Positions 30,960 through 42,180 of a stretch of DNA of 64,000 nucleotides are shown piece by piece. This stretch comes from an uncultured Actinomycetes bacterium (lineage in GTDB: Bacteria; Actinomycetota; UBA4738; HRBIN12). The stretch lies in contig CAWFNS010000013.1 of assembly GCA_963817235.1 (NCBI GenBank), forward strand, positions 12,354 through 76,353, written 5' to 3'. The position numbers and the translations under genes were made by a program. A model generated the notes under the pieces. The model had not been told where the DNA came from and did not search any database. It worked only from the letters and a program-made list of their open reading frames with translations. Position 1 is the stretch's first letter. Every line of letters starts with the position of its first letter.

Positions 30960-32347
30960 GTGAACGAGTTCCGGACGATCATCGAGCCCTTCCGGATCCA
31001 CTCGGTGGAGCCGCTGCGGTTCCTCACCGAGGACGAGCGCCGGGCGAAGGATCCGCGACGCCGGCTACAACCTGTTCAACCTGCACGCCGACGACGTGCT
31101 GATCGACCTGCTGACCGACTCCGGGACCGGCGCGATGAGCCGCGACCAGTGGGCCGCGATCCAGCACGGCGACGAGAGCTACGCGGGCTCGCCGTCGTGG
31201 TTCGTGTTCCTGCAGGCCGTGCAGGAGCTGTTCCCGTTCCCGCACGTGATCCCGACGCATCAGGGCCGCGCCGCGGAGAAGATCCTGTTCTCGGCGATCG
31301 CCGGAGCCGGCAAGGTGGTGCCGAACAACACGCACTTCGACACGACGCGCGCGAACGTCGAGTCGACCGGCGCCGAGGCCGTCGACCTGGTGATCCCGGA
31401 AGGACGTGACCCTGCCGCGCTGCACCCGTTCAAGGGCAACATGGACCTCGCCGCGCTCGAGCGCCTGTTGGACGAGCGCGGCGCCGACGTGCCGGTCGTG
31501 TTCGTCACGGTCACGAACAACTCCGGCGGCGGCCAGCCGGTCTCGATCGAGAACCTCCGCGGGGTCCGCGCGCTGTGCGACCGCTTCGGCGGTGCCGCTG
31601 TTCCTCGACGCGTGCCGCTTCGCGGAGAACGCGTGGTTCGTGAAGACGCGCGAGCCGGGCTACGCGGACGCCGCGGTGCCCGACATCGTGCGCGAGATGG
31701 CGTCGCTCGCCGACGGCATGACGATGTCCGCGAAGAAGGACCCGATGGCGAACATCGGCGGCTGGCTCGCGATGCGCGACGCCGACTGGGCCGAGCGCTG
31801 CCGGAACCTGCTGATCCTGACCGAGGGGTTCCCGACGTACGGCGGCCTCGCCGGCCGCGACCTGGAGGCGATCGCGCAGGGCCTGCGCGAGTGCGTCGAC
31901 GAGCACTACCTCCGCTACCGGATCCGCTCCACCGAGTACCTGGCCGACGCGCTCGTGGACGCCGGCGTGCCGATCGTGCGCCCGGCGGGCGGTCACGCGG
32001 TCTACCTGGACGCCCGCGCGCTGCTGCCGCACGTGCCGCCGCTGTCGTACCCCGGCCAGACGCTCGCCGTTGCGCTCTACGAGGCAGGCGGGATCCGCAG
32101 CTGCGAGATCGGGACGGTGATGTTCGGGATGAAGCCGGACGGTCACGAGGAGCCGGCCGCGACGGACCTCGTCCGGCTCGCGATCCCGCGCCGGACCTAC
32201 ACGCAGAGCCACGTCGACTACGTGATCGAGGTGGTGACCTCGGTGGCGGCGCGCGCCGCCGAGCTCCCCGGATACCGGATCGTCGAGCAGGCGCCGCAGC
32301 TGCGCCACTTCACCGCCCGGTTCGAACCGCTGCACCCGACCGCCTAG
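30960..32347 (+). CDS. tnaA: Tryptophanase (frameshifts ~31050 and ~31590)
   Basis: EPFRIHSVE, IDLLTDSGT, HQGRAAE, HFDTT, DACRFAENA, MSAKKD (PLP Lys), RLAIPRRTYT, LRHFTARF. Confidence 0.9.
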
Positions 32348-32376
32348 AGTCGTCCGGACCGATCAGAGGAGGTTCG

Positions 32377-33539
32377 ATGCGCGTTCGCCTGCTGCTCGCA
32401 CTCACGCTCACCGCCGCGTCGATCGGCTTGGCGACGAGCCCGGTCTCGGCCGGACCACCCGGGCACTGGACGAAGATCTCGACCGGGACGGTCAGCCTGA
32501 TCAACGAGCCGGGCCTCTACCGGACGCCCGATGGCGTCCTGCACGTCGTGTACGAGCGTGAGGTCGGCACGATCAGCTCGATCGGCCACACCGCGATCAA
32601 GGCCACCGGCGCCGTGAAGCTGAAGAACGTCGCGATCACGGGCTGGCAGTCGATCGTCCACGACCCGAAGGCCGTCGGCCTGGCCGGGTGGTGGGCATCC
32701 GCCTGGTGTTCGGCGGGCTCCGCACGACCAACACCTTGGACTACTGGACCACGGGCGCGACCTACACGGCGACCGGGAGCAACGGCCGGGACCGGCATGG
32801 AACCTTCCGATGGAGGCGATCGGGCTCAGTACAACGGATACGCGAGCTACGGGACCGGTGCGGCCACGCTCGCGAACGGCACGCCGATCGCGTCGTTCCC
32901 GCTGAACTCGACGCTGACGTGGCACGTCGGGACGAACGACGGCGACCCGGATAGCGTGTACGACGTTCGGCGCAGTGCTGCCTCTACTACTCGACGCTCG
33001 TCCGCGACGGCAGCAAGGTCTATGCGGCGTTCTACGCGAACGGATCGACGAAGGCGACGAATGGGACGTTCGTGAAGCCGATCTACCCGACGGTCGGCGC
33101 GACGAAGAAGGTCCCCGGCTCGAGCAAGGGGAAGAGCTCGGTGTCGCCCGACCAGGCCATCGCGATGACGGCTCGCAAGGGCGGCGGCGTCTTCGTGGCC
33201 TTCTGCGTTGGCTATCCGACGTGTGCGCATATCGGGCTGTGGAAGATCGGCAGCCCCGCCGTGCACGTGGTGCCGGGCTCCCGGAACGCGGACAACATCG
33301 CGATCTCGACCGGACCCGGCGGACGGCTCTGGATCGCGTGGAACTCCTCCGCAACGGGCCGTGTATACGCGGTTCGGACCGGCCCGACGGGACTGACGTT
33401 CGGCACGGTCCATGCCGTGAAGCCGCCGGGCGGAGCGCTCACCAGCGTCTACCACGTGGCCGTCGAGGGCTCCCGCGGGAGGGCCGACCTCGTGATCAAC
33501 ACGGGCACGGGGCTGTTCGCGACGCAGGTCAAGCCGTAG
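32377..33539 (+). CDS. Secreted beta-rich hypothetical protein (several frameshifts)
   Basis: AGAGGAGG RBS; signal peptide MRVRLLLALTLTAASIGLATSPVSA; Gly/Thr/Trp-rich beta-strand pattern continuing across frames to ..LFATQVKP*. Confidence 0.7.
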
Positions 33540-33600
33540 GGACGGGGCGGCCCACCGGCGCCGGTCGAGGCCGGCGGCGCATCCCGCTACCCTGTGGGTC

Positions 33601-36000
33601 ATGCGGATCGCGTTCGTCTCGACCTACCCCCCGCGCCGCTGCGGCATCGCGACGTTCACCTCGGACCTGATCAAGGCCGTGCGCGAGGCCGACCCGCGGA
33701 CCCAGGCCCGCGTCGCCGCGATCGACGAGCGGAACGCCGTGCGGGCCTACGGCTCCGAGGTCCGCTGGCGGATCCGCCAGGGCAGCGCGATGCCCTACCG
33801 GGCGGCGGCGCACGAGATCGACCGGTCGAACGCCGACATCGTCTGCGTCCAGCACGAGTTCGGCCTCTACGGCCTGTGGAAGGGCGGCGGGTTCGTCGGC
33901 GATCACTGGATCGAGGGCACGTACGAGGACCACCTCACGCCGTTCCTCGAGGAGCTGAAGCAGAAGCCGGCGCTCGTGACGCTCCACACCGTGCTGCCCG
34001 ACCCGTCCCCGGCGATCCGCGACGCGGTCCGCTCGATCGCCGACGCGGCGCACGGGCTGGTGGTGATGGCGGAGACGGCCGTCACGATCCTGGACGAGGT
34101 CTACGGCGTCAGCGCGAAGCCGACCGTGATCCCGCACGGCATGCCGCACATCGAGCCCCAGGGCCGTCGCCGGCTGAAGGCGAAGCTCGACCTCGACGGA
34201 CGCCAGATCATCTCGACCTTCGGGTTGGTCGGCCCGGGGAAGGGCCTCGAGTACGTGATCGAGGCGATGCCCGAGGTCGCGGCGCGCCATCCGGAAGCGC
34301 TCTACCTGATCGCCGGACAGACCCACCCGGAACTGCTCCGCCAGCGCGGCGAGGAGTACCGCAACAAGCTGATCGAGTTGGTCGAGGAGCTGGGGCTCAC
34401 GGACAACGTGCTGTTCGTGAACCAGTACCTCGAACAGAAGGACATCATCGAGTACCTCCTGGCGACCGACGTCTACGTGACGCCGTACCTCGACCCGAAC
34501 CAGATCACGAGCGGCACGTTGTCCTACGCGCTCGGCGCCGGGAAGGCCGTGGTCTCGACGCCGTACCTGCACGCGCTCGAGGCGCTGGACAACGACCGGG
34601 GGCTCCTCGTCGAGTTCCGCTCCCCCGAGAGCATCGCGGACGCCGTGATCCGGATCCTCGACGACCCGAAGCTGAAGGCGCGCCTGGAGAAGAACGCGTA
34701 CCGCTACGCGAACCAGGCCACGTGGCCGAAGAGCGGCGCCCGGTTCCTGGCCGCGATGGAAGAGCTGGTGGCCGAGCACGCGCCGGCGCCGAAGGCACGC
34801 CGGCCCGACCGCGGCACGCTCAAGGTCGCGCACCGGGTGCACGCGAACCCGCTCATCACGCCGGCGAGCGTGACGCCGTCGCAGCCGGGGTTCGAGGTGA
34901 TCTCGACGATCAACCCCGGCGTGACGAAGCTCGGGGACGAGGTCGTGATGCTGGTGCGGGTCGCCGAGCGTCCGCGCCGGGACGCGCAGCCCGACCCGGA
35001 CGCCCAGATGATCGATCTCTCCGGCTCGCGGCCGCGACCCGTCCCGCTGCCGGGCGGCCTCCAGGCGGACCAGCTGATCGGGATGGCGTACCTGGACACC
35101 GAGCTGGAGCCGCCGAGCGTCGTGATCGGCTACGTCCCGAAGGACCTGCCGGGGCTCGACCTGTCGGATCCTCGGACGATCCGCTACCGGAACGCGGCCG
35201 GCGGGTTCACGCCCGGCCAGGACGAGTTCACCGACTACCTGTCGCACATCTCGCACCTGCGTCTGGCGCGGAGCACCGACGGGCTCGCCTTCACCGTCGA
35301 CCCGGATCCGACGGTCGTGCCCTCGACCGCGCTCGAGGAGTACGGCGTCGAGGACCCCCGGATCACGCTGATCGACGGCGTGTACCAGATCACCTACGTG
35401 GCCGCGAGCCGCCTCGGCATCTCGACGGCCCGGCTCAGCACGACCGACTTCGTGACCTTCGAACGGCACGGCACGATGCTGCAGCCCGACCAGAAGGACG
35501 TGGTGCTGTTCCCCGAGCGCGTGGGCGGCAGCTACCTGGCGTTCACGCGCCCGATGCCGGGCTCGTTCGGCCGGGTGCTCGGGCTGTGGCTGGCGGAGAG
35601 CGACGACCTGGTCCACTGGGGCAACCCGCGGCCGATCGCGACCCCGCGCCACGGGATGTGGGACGAGATGCGGATCGGCGCCTCGCTGGTGCCGATCCGC
35701 GTGGACGAGGGCTGGCTCGAGCTCTACCACGGCGTGGATCGGGCGAACCGCTACGGGATGGGCGCGATCCTGCTGGACGCCGGCGATCCCACGAAGGTCC
35801 TCGCGCGGTCACCGAAACCGCTGATGCTCCCCGAGGCCGACTACGAGCACGACGGGTTCCTCCAGGACGTCGTGTTCCCCTCCGGTCACATCGACCTCGG
35901 CGGCGGGATGATCCGGGTCTACTACGGCGCCGCCGACGCCACGCTCTGCGCGGCGGATCTCGATCTGGCCGACGTCCTCGGAGCCCTGGCGCGCGAGTAA
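33601..36000 (+). CDS. GT4 glycosyltransferase fused to a GH130 beta-mannoside phosphorylase-like domain (799 aa)
   Basis: N-half STYPPRRCGIATF, QHEFG, KGLE, QITSGTL, STPY; C-half NPLITP, VRVAERP, SHLRLARS, GVEDPRI, KDVVLFPE, LYHG, YYGAAD; uninterrupted ORF. Confidence 0.9.
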   Translation: MRIAFVSTYPPRRCGIATFTSDLIKAVREADPRTQARVAAIDERNAVRAYGSEVRWRIRQGSAMPYRAAAHEIDRSNADIVCVQHEFGLYGLWKGGGFVGDHWIEGTYEDHLTPFLEELKQKPALVTLHTVLPDPSPAIRDAVRSIADAAHGLVVMAETAVTILDEVYGVSAKPTVIPHGMPHIEPQGRRRLKAKLDLDGRQIISTFGLVGPGKGLEYVIEAMPEVAARHPEALYLIAGQTHPELLRQRGEEYRNKLIELVEELGLTDNVLFVNQYLEQKDIIEYLLATDVYVTPYLDPNQITSGTLSYALGAGKAVVSTPYLHALEALDNDRGLLVEFRSPESIADAVIRILDDPKLKARLEKNAYRYANQATWPKSGARFLAAMEELVAEHAPAPKARRPDRGTLKVAHRVHANPLITPASVTPSQPGFEVISTINPGVTKLGDEVVMLVRVAERPRRDAQPDPDAQMIDLSGSRPRPVPLPGGLQADQLIGMAYLDTELEPPSVVIGYVPKDLPGLDLSDPRTIRYRNAAGGFTPGQDEFTDYLSHISHLRLARSTDGLAFTVDPDPTVVPSTALEEYGVEDPRITLIDGVYQITYVAASRLGISTARLSTTDFVTFERHGTMLQPDQKDVVLFPERVGGSYLAFTRPMPGSFGRVLGLWLAESDDLVHWGNPRPIATPRHGMWDEMRIGASLVPIRVDEGWLELYHGVDRANRYGMGAILLDAGDPTKVLARSPKPLMLPEADYEHDGFLQDVVFPSGHIDLGGGMIRVYYGAADATLCAADLDLADVLGALARE

Positions 36001-36047
36001 GCCGCCCCGGCTGACACGCATCCTCGACCCTGGAAGACTCCGCTGCC

Positions 36048-37103
36048 ATGCTCCGACAGCTCGCCCGGTTGACGCGCCCGATCGCGGCGGCCGGCCCCGA
36101 CGCGATGGCGGTCGCCGTCTACGCCGACCGGCGCGGCTCGTCGATCCCGGCGAACGAATCCGGCCGCGAGGGCGTGGCGTGCGTCGACGACGCCGCCCGG
36201 CTGCTGGAGGTCCTGTGCGACGTATGGACGCAGACGCAGCTCCCCTGGGTCGAACGGTGGGCGCGAGGGGTGCTCGCGTTCGTGCTGTGGATGCAGGAGC
36301 CGGACGGGCGATGGATCAACTTCGTGTTCGACTGGGACGGTGCGCGCAACACGCACGGCATCACGTCGGTCACGGGGGAGAACTTCTGGCACGCGCGTGC
36401 GCTCGTCGGCGTCAGCCACGCGTGGCTGACGTTCGGCGACGAACGCGCACACGACGCGCTGCGCCTCGGGCTGGATCGCGCGATCTCCCGCCCGGCGCCG
36501 CCCGACGTGCGCGCGCTGCACGTGCTGACGGCCCGGCGCCTCATCGCCGACGCGGGCATGGTGGAGCTGGAGGCGCCGATGCGCACCTGGGTCCGCGAGC
36601 TCGCGGCGTGCCGTGAGGGGGACGTGCTGAAGAACGCCGAGCTCGAGACCGGCGTGCCGCACCTCTGGGCGCACATCCAGGAGGGTGTGCTGGCGTCCTC
36701 GGCGACCCTGCTGGACGACCCCGAGCTGCTGGAGCTCGCGATCCGCAGCGCCGACGCGCTCCTCGCGCCGGCGGTCGAGCGGGCGTTCGCGGGGCCGACG
36801 TCGAGCCCCTACGACGTCGGGGCGTGCATCTACTCGCTGGACCGGCTGCACGAGGCGACCGGCGACGGGCGTTGGTCGCGCCTGGCGACGGACGCGCGCG
36901 CGTGGTTCGACGGTCGGAACGCCGCGGACGCGCCCGTCTACGATCGCCAGCTCGGCCTCGTCGCGGACGGCGTGGATGAGGATCGGGTCTCGGCGAACTC
37001 CGGCGCCGAGGCGAACATCCAGGCGGCCGAGGCGTTGTTCGCCGACGCGGTCGCGGTGGCGCTCCGGATGGACGACCCGTTCGACGTGGCGTCCGAGGCC
37101 TAG
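36048..37103 (+). CDS. Six-hairpin (alpha/alpha)6 glycosidase-like protein, homologous to the C-terminal domain usually fused to this GT4 subfamily
   Basis: CVDDAAR, MQEPDGRWINF, WHARAL, WFDGRN, DGV, NSGAE. Confidence 0.7.
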   Translation: MLRQLARLTRPIAAAGPDAMAVAVYADRRGSSIPANESGREGVACVDDAARLLEVLCDVWTQTQLPWVERWARGVLAFVLWMQEPDGRWINFVFDWDGARNTHGITSVTGENFWHARALVGVSHAWLTFGDERAHDALRLGLDRAISRPAPPDVRALHVLTARRLIADAGMVELEAPMRTWVRELAACREGDVLKNAELETGVPHLWAHIQEGVLASSATLLDDPELLELAIRSADALLAPAVERAFAGPTSSPYDVGACIYSLDRLHEATGDGRWSRLATDARAWFDGRNAADAPVYDRQLGLVADGVDEDRVSANSGAEANIQAAEALFADAVAVALRMDDPFDVASEA

Positions 37104-38315
37104 AGCCGGCCGTCCCCCAGCTGCTCGGCCAGATCCACCAGCGCCTTGCGCGTCGAGATCGAGAACTTCGCGGTCCACGCCTGCGGCCAGGTGGAGAACT
37201 TCGCGACGACGACCTGGGCGGGGCCGTGGACCAGCACCGTCTGCCCGTTGATGCCGGAGCCCATGTACACCGGGCCGTTCGGGTCCACGACCCAGAACTG
37301 GTTGCGGTAGAAGGCGCCGCGCGGGAGCTCCCTCGCGTCGGCCGTCGGGGCGAACGCCGCGATCACGTCGGGCTCGGGGAACAGGGTGTCGCGGATCCAC
37401 GCCGCGGGCACGACCTTGTGCTTGCCGCGGCGTCCGCCCTGCAGCAGGAGCTGCCCGAACCGTGCGAGATCACGGAGCGTGCAGCAGACCCCACCGTCGG
37501 CCATCGCGTTGCCGTGCGCGTCCACCGTGACCTCGGCGTCGAACTCCGCGCCCATCGGCCGCCACAGCTCGGAGGAGATCAGGTCGGCCAGGCGCGCGCC
37601 GGCCGCGCGCTCCATCACCCACCCGAGCACGTCCGTCAGGACCGAGCGGTAGTCGAACGGGCCGCCGTGCGGTCCCTGGTTCTGCGAGCATCGGGTAGTA
37701 CGACGTGATGTCGGCGGGGAGCGTCGGATCCGTGCGCGGACGCCACAGGTAGATCTGCTCGTACACGCGCACGTCCGCGTCGAGGTTCGCGTAGTCCTCG
37801 TCGAACCTCGTCCCGGCGCGCATGTCCAGCAGGTGCCGAACCGTGCAGCCCTCGAACGACGTGCCGGCCAGCTCCGGCACGTGCGCGGTCACGAGGTCCG
37901 CCGGCCGGAGCAGCCCGCGTTCGACGAGCGAGCCGCAGACGGCGGAGGTCACCGACTTCGACACGGACATCAGCAGGTGCGTCGTATCGGGCGTCATGCC
38001 CGTGAAGTACCGCTCGGTCACGATGCGCCCGCGATGCAGCACGAGGAGACCGTCCGTGTACGTGTTCTCAAGGAACCGCGCGAACGACACCGGCCGGCCA
38101 CCGGCGTGCACCACCGCGCCCATCACGTCGCGCTCGGCGCGCGGCAGGCGCCAGACCGGACCGTCGCCGCGCGGGATCCGCGCCGTCGGGATCAGATCGC
38201 GGATGTGCTGGAACCCCCACCGGTTGAACGGCGGGTCCTGCCAGTTCGCGAGGGTGACGAGCCGCTCCGGCGGGAACGGCGGCGCTCCCTGCATCAGGTG
38301 AAGGTCGTCGCTCAC
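37100..38315 (-). CDS. Serine hydrolase, beta-lactamase/NylB (6-aminohexanoate-dimer hydrolase)-like (frameshift ~37685)
   Basis: NWQDPPFNRWGFQH, LMSVSKS (SxxK), LLDMRAG, FDYRS, RDLARFG, YRNQFW, GINGQ. Confidence 0.9.
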
Positions 38316-39047
38316 GGATCCGCCGGGGTGTCCGGGTCCGGCGCGGGGGCGGGGGTGGGATCGGCGTCGTCCCCGACGGGGGCCTGACCTCCTTGAGCGC
38401 GCCACGGCGCAACTCGATCCCTGCCGAACTGCGAGACCACGAGGGCGACCGCGCTCACCAGGTAGAGCTGGCCGAAGAGCGCCTCGGTCACGGCCAGCAT
38501 CTTGACGCCGTTCTGCGCGGCCGTGAAGTCGCCGTAGCCCACCGTGGTGAGGGTGACGTAGCTGAAGTACGTGATGTCGGTCGAGGAGGCGGTGTTCGTC
38601 TGGACGAACAGCGGCGTGTGGTTGACTTCCGCGATCGCCCGGTACACGAACGAGAAGAACAACCCGATCAGCAGGTACAGGCACAACGCGCCGGCCACCA
38701 CCTGGACGTTGACCACCTTCTCGTGGGAGAGACGACGGATGATCGCGATCGGGGCCGCGAACGCCATCAGGGCCCCGACCGTGGCGGTCGCGAGGTTCGG
38801 ACCGGTGTCGTTCCCGAGCCAGATCGACAACGACCGCGGCGCCGACCGCGACCACGACGGCGATCCGGGCGATCCGCAACACCAGACCCCGCTCGGACAT
38901 CCGCAGGATGAACAGCAACGCGGCGCCCTCAGCGATGAGCGAGAGCACCTTGATCCAGCCGCGCTCGTCGGAGAACGCGAAGCCGAAGATCGAGGCGGTG
39001 ATGAGCAGCAGCGCGATGCCGAACCGCGCCGGCTCGAGCTGTCTCAC
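38312..39047 (-). CDS. Potassium channel family protein (frameshift ~38828)
   Basis: YFSYVTLTTVGYGD selectivity filter, EALFGQLY; several N-terminal TMs. Confidence 0.88.
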
Positions 39048-39128
39048 TCTTGTGAACCTCTTCCCGGACCCGTCCCATGCCGCGCAGGATAGGCCGACCG
39101 ACGCCTAGGGGTGGGTAGCCTCCCCGCC

Positions 39129-39527
39129 ATGGACGGCAACCGACGGCTCACCATGACCGCGAACGACGACGGCACCGTGACGGCGACGAACCGCCACGGC
39201 CAGACGCTCACGATCGACCATGAGGGCGAACACGGGCTCTCGCCCCTCGAGCTCCTCCTCGCCTCGCTCGGCAGCTGTTCCGCGGTCGACCTCGCCCTGC
39301 TGATGCGCAAGCAGCGGGAGCCCATCACGCCGTTCGAGATCGAGGTCGTCGGCGAGAAGGAAGACGCGCGGATGCAGTGGCTCCGCGTGACGTACACCGT
39401 TCCGGCGAGCGCCGATGCGGCCAAGCTCGAGCGCGCCCGCTCGAAGACGGCCGACGATCTCTGCACGGTCTCGAGGACGCTGGCGCGCGGCTGCCCGGTC
39501 GAGCACGTCACGCAGGCCACGGGTTGA
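39129..39527 (+). CDS. OsmC-family protein
   Basis: SPLELLLASLGSCS..LCTVSRTL. Confidence 0.9.
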   Translation: MDGNRRLTMTANDDGTVTATNRHGQTLTIDHEGEHGLSPLELLLASLGSCSAVDLALLMRKQREPITPFEIEVVGEKEDARMQWLRVTYTVPASADAAKLERARSKTADDLCTVSRTLARGCPVEHVTQATG

Positions 39528-39566
39528 GCCAACTACGATGCTCGTGCAGACACGGGAGGGAGACGC

Positions 39567-39872
39567 ATGACGACGGTGCACGCGACGCTGAACCAGACGA
39601 CGACGGAAGCAGCCACGTCCATCCGCCGCCAGGCGGCGGCGCTCGGGTACGCGCTCGCCGAGGGGCAGAGCGGACCCGACGTCTTCGTCTTCACGAGAGG
39701 CGTCTCGCTCTTCTCCTGGGGCTCGAGCCTGACGGTCAAGGTGGAGCACGACCCGAAGACCAGGACCCATCTCACGGTCACGACCCACGAGTCGTTCGCG
39801 ATCTCGGATTGGGGACGCGGCAAGCGCGCAGCCGAACGGCTCCTCGACGCGGTCGGCGCCCAGTACGACTGA
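39567..39872 (+). CDS. Hypothetical protein (101 aa)
   Basis: GGGAGGG RBS; GVSLFSWG and DWGRGK motifs; coding-like GC3. Confidence 0.75.
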   Translation: MTTVHATLNQTTTEAATSIRRQAAALGYALAEGQSGPDVFVFTRGVSLFSWGSSLTVKVEHDPKTRTHLTVTTHESFAISDWGRGKRAAERLLDAVGAQYD

Positions 39873-40006
39873 TCGGCTTCGACCCGCACACGCAATGACG
39901 TCACAGCCTGTCTCCTCGATCGTGATGGAGGTGTCCGCACGATGCGATAGCCCGCGCAGGACGCATGCGTGCGATGACGGCGCACGTGCCAGGAGGCCGG
40001 CTTCCG

Positions 40007-40414
40007 TTACACCCCCTCGGCCAATTGGCGCGCGTACTCCTCGGCGTCGTAGCTCCCGATCGAGGCGGCGATGAGGCCCTCCTCGTCGATCGTCCATGAC
40101 TCGAAGCCATCCACACGCACCGCGTTGCCGGTGCCGCCCGGGCCGGTATTCGTGCCGGTGAAGGTCCAGTGGAACTCGATCCGATCTCCGTCCACGACGA
40201 GATCGCGGAAGAACACCTGCATGTCGGGGAGGTCCCGGTAGTAGGCAGCGGCGACCGCAGCCAGGGCCTCGCGGCCCACCGCGGGCGTTCCGCCGTTGAC
40301 CGCGAGCGATCCCTCCGGCGCGTAATGCGCGGCCACGGCCACCGGGTCCATGCTGCACCACGCCGCTGTGTAGTCCTCTGCGAACCGTCGAAGCTGTTCG
40401 AGATCCGGTTCCAT
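40007..40414 (-). CDS. SnoaL/NTF2-like (ester cyclase family) protein
   Basis: YTAAW..D..VAAHYA, PDM, WTFTGTNTG, G.I. Confidence 0.85.
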   Translation of the reverse strand: MEPDLEQLRRFAEDYTAAWCSMDPVAVAAHYAPEGSLAVNGGTPAVGREALAAVAAAYYRDLPDMQVFFRDLVVDGDRIEFHWTFTGTNTGPGGTGNAVRVDGFESWTIDEEGLIAASIGSYDAEEYARQLAEGV

Positions 40415-40497
40415 GCTGCCTCCCCTGTCAGTGCAGCGAACCATACGCGTCGCGGGACTCCCGAGCGGGTGCGGATCGAGACGCTACGCTGCCCGGC

Positions 40498-41388
40498 GTG
40501 ACGCACAGCCTGCTCCTGGACGTCTCCAGCATGATGTACCGGTCGTACTTCGCGTTGCGGGAGCCCGGGATGTTCGCGAAGGACGGGCGACCGGTGGCCG
40601 CGGTGCACGGCTACCTCGACATGGTCACGAGGCTGCTGACGACCCGGCACCCCGACGAGGTCGTCCACGTCTACGACCACGACTGGCGCCCGATCGCGCG
40701 CACCGACATCTACCCCGCCTACAAGTCGAAGCGCCAGCCCGATCCCGAGGACCTGCCCGCGCAGTTCGTGCTGTTGCGGTCCGTCCTGGACCACACCGGC
40801 ATGCTCCAGGCGCAGACCGAGGGCTGGGAGGCCGAGGACGCGATCGGCGCGTTCGGGGTCGACGCGCGCGACGACGACCGGATCGAGATCGTCTCGGGTG
40901 ATCGCGACCTGATCCAGCTCGTCCGCGACCCCGTCGTGAAGCTGCTGTTCACCGTCCGCGGCGTCTCGGACCTCCTCGAGCTGGACGAGGCCGGCGTCCT
41001 GAAGAAGTACGGGGTGCCGGCCGACCGCTACGGCGAGTTCGCGATCCTCCGCGGCGATCCCTCCGACGACCTGCCGGGCGTCCGCGGGATCGGCGAGAAG
41101 ACCGCGCGGGCGCTCGTGACGGCGTTCCCGTCGATCGACGCGATGCTCGAGGCGGCGGGCCGCGGCGATCCGGCGATCACGCTCGCGAACCGCACGAAGC
41201 TCCTGTCCTCGCGCGAGTACCTCGACGCGATGCGGCGGATCGTGCCGATCAACGCGGACGCGCCGCTGTCGCTGTGGGCAGGCGACCGGGACGACGCGGT
41301 GCTCGGTGAGCTCGCCGACGAACTGGGGCTCGGCGGACCGGTGCAGCGGGTGCTCGCGGCGCTCGACGCGCCCGCGGGCGATCGCTGA
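40498..41388 (+). CDS. Stand-alone 5'-3' exonuclease / flap endonuclease
   Basis: LLLD..YRSYF, YK.KR, EAEDAI, SGDRDL, LRGDPSD.LPGVRGIGEKTA. Confidence 0.93.
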   Translation: MTHSLLLDVSSMMYRSYFALREPGMFAKDGRPVAAVHGYLDMVTRLLTTRHPDEVVHVYDHDWRPIARTDIYPAYKSKRQPDPEDLPAQFVLLRSVLDHTGMLQAQTEGWEAEDAIGAFGVDARDDDRIEIVSGDRDLIQLVRDPVVKLLFTVRGVSDLLELDEAGVLKKYGVPADRYGEFAILRGDPSDDLPGVRGIGEKTARALVTAFPSIDAMLEAAGRGDPAITLANRTKLLSSREYLDAMRRIVPINADAPLSLWAGDRDDAVLGELADELGLGGPVQRVLAALDAPAGDR

Positions 41389-42112
41389 TCAGCCGGTCGC
41401 GTCGTCGTGGACCTGCCAGGTGGTCGCCTCGGCGCCCTTCACGCCTTCGGTCATGTCCAGCACGATCCCCACGCTTCCGGACTCGCGCCAGATGCAGGCG
41501 GCGGCCGTCACGCCGTTGCCGGCCAGCGGCACGCACCGGTAGTCGGCGCCGTCGTGCGCCTCGGCCAGACCGCCGGTCTCGTCGACCGTGGCGCCGCTCT
41601 GCTTGAGCCCGCCGACGAACTCGTTGAACAGCGTCATCGGTGGACTCGATCGACTTGCCGTGCACGAGCATCACGAGGAAGTCCGGCTTCGCGCCGTTGC
41701 CGTAGCCGCCGGCGTCCACCGTGAGGTCGTTCCGCGACCCCAGGTCCTGCATGTCCTTCTCGAACGTCTTGATGTCGGCGGTGTTCATCCGTGGCCGGCC
41801 GGCGACCGAGGCCGGCAGGTGGACGCTCCCGCCGAAGAAGCTGTGGACCGCGAACGCGGCGACGGCGGCGACCACCACGCCGACGACGATCTTCCCGAAG
41901 GACGACCCGCGACCGCGCTGGGCCGGCTCGGGGACGGGCGAGGGCTGGAACGCTGGTTCAGGGCGAGGCATCCTGCCCCACGCGGCCTGCCCGGGACGCC
42001 CCGGCGGCGGCGGGGGAGGCACGAACCGCGCGTAGCACTTCCAGCAGAAGTCCGCGTCCGGGCCGTTCTCGGCGCCGCACGTCGGACACGCGCGCTTCTC
42101 TTCGACCTGCAT
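41389..42112 (-). CDS. Zinc-ribbon membrane protein with an extracytoplasmic domain (frameshift ~41640)
   Basis: CPTCGAEN..FCWKC, Pro-rich linker, one TM, C-terminal domain with two Cys. Confidence 0.75.
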
Positions 42113-42180
42113 CGGAGCCCCTTGGTGCCGTTCGGTCTCCAGGAAACATCGGCACGATGGCCGGGAGCCTGAGCCCCAGC

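Noticed and set aside
39873-40006. Lower-GC 130-bp gap between convergent genes as an ncRNA or gene remnant
   Set aside because: No convincing stem, RBS-start pair or recognisable protein motif.
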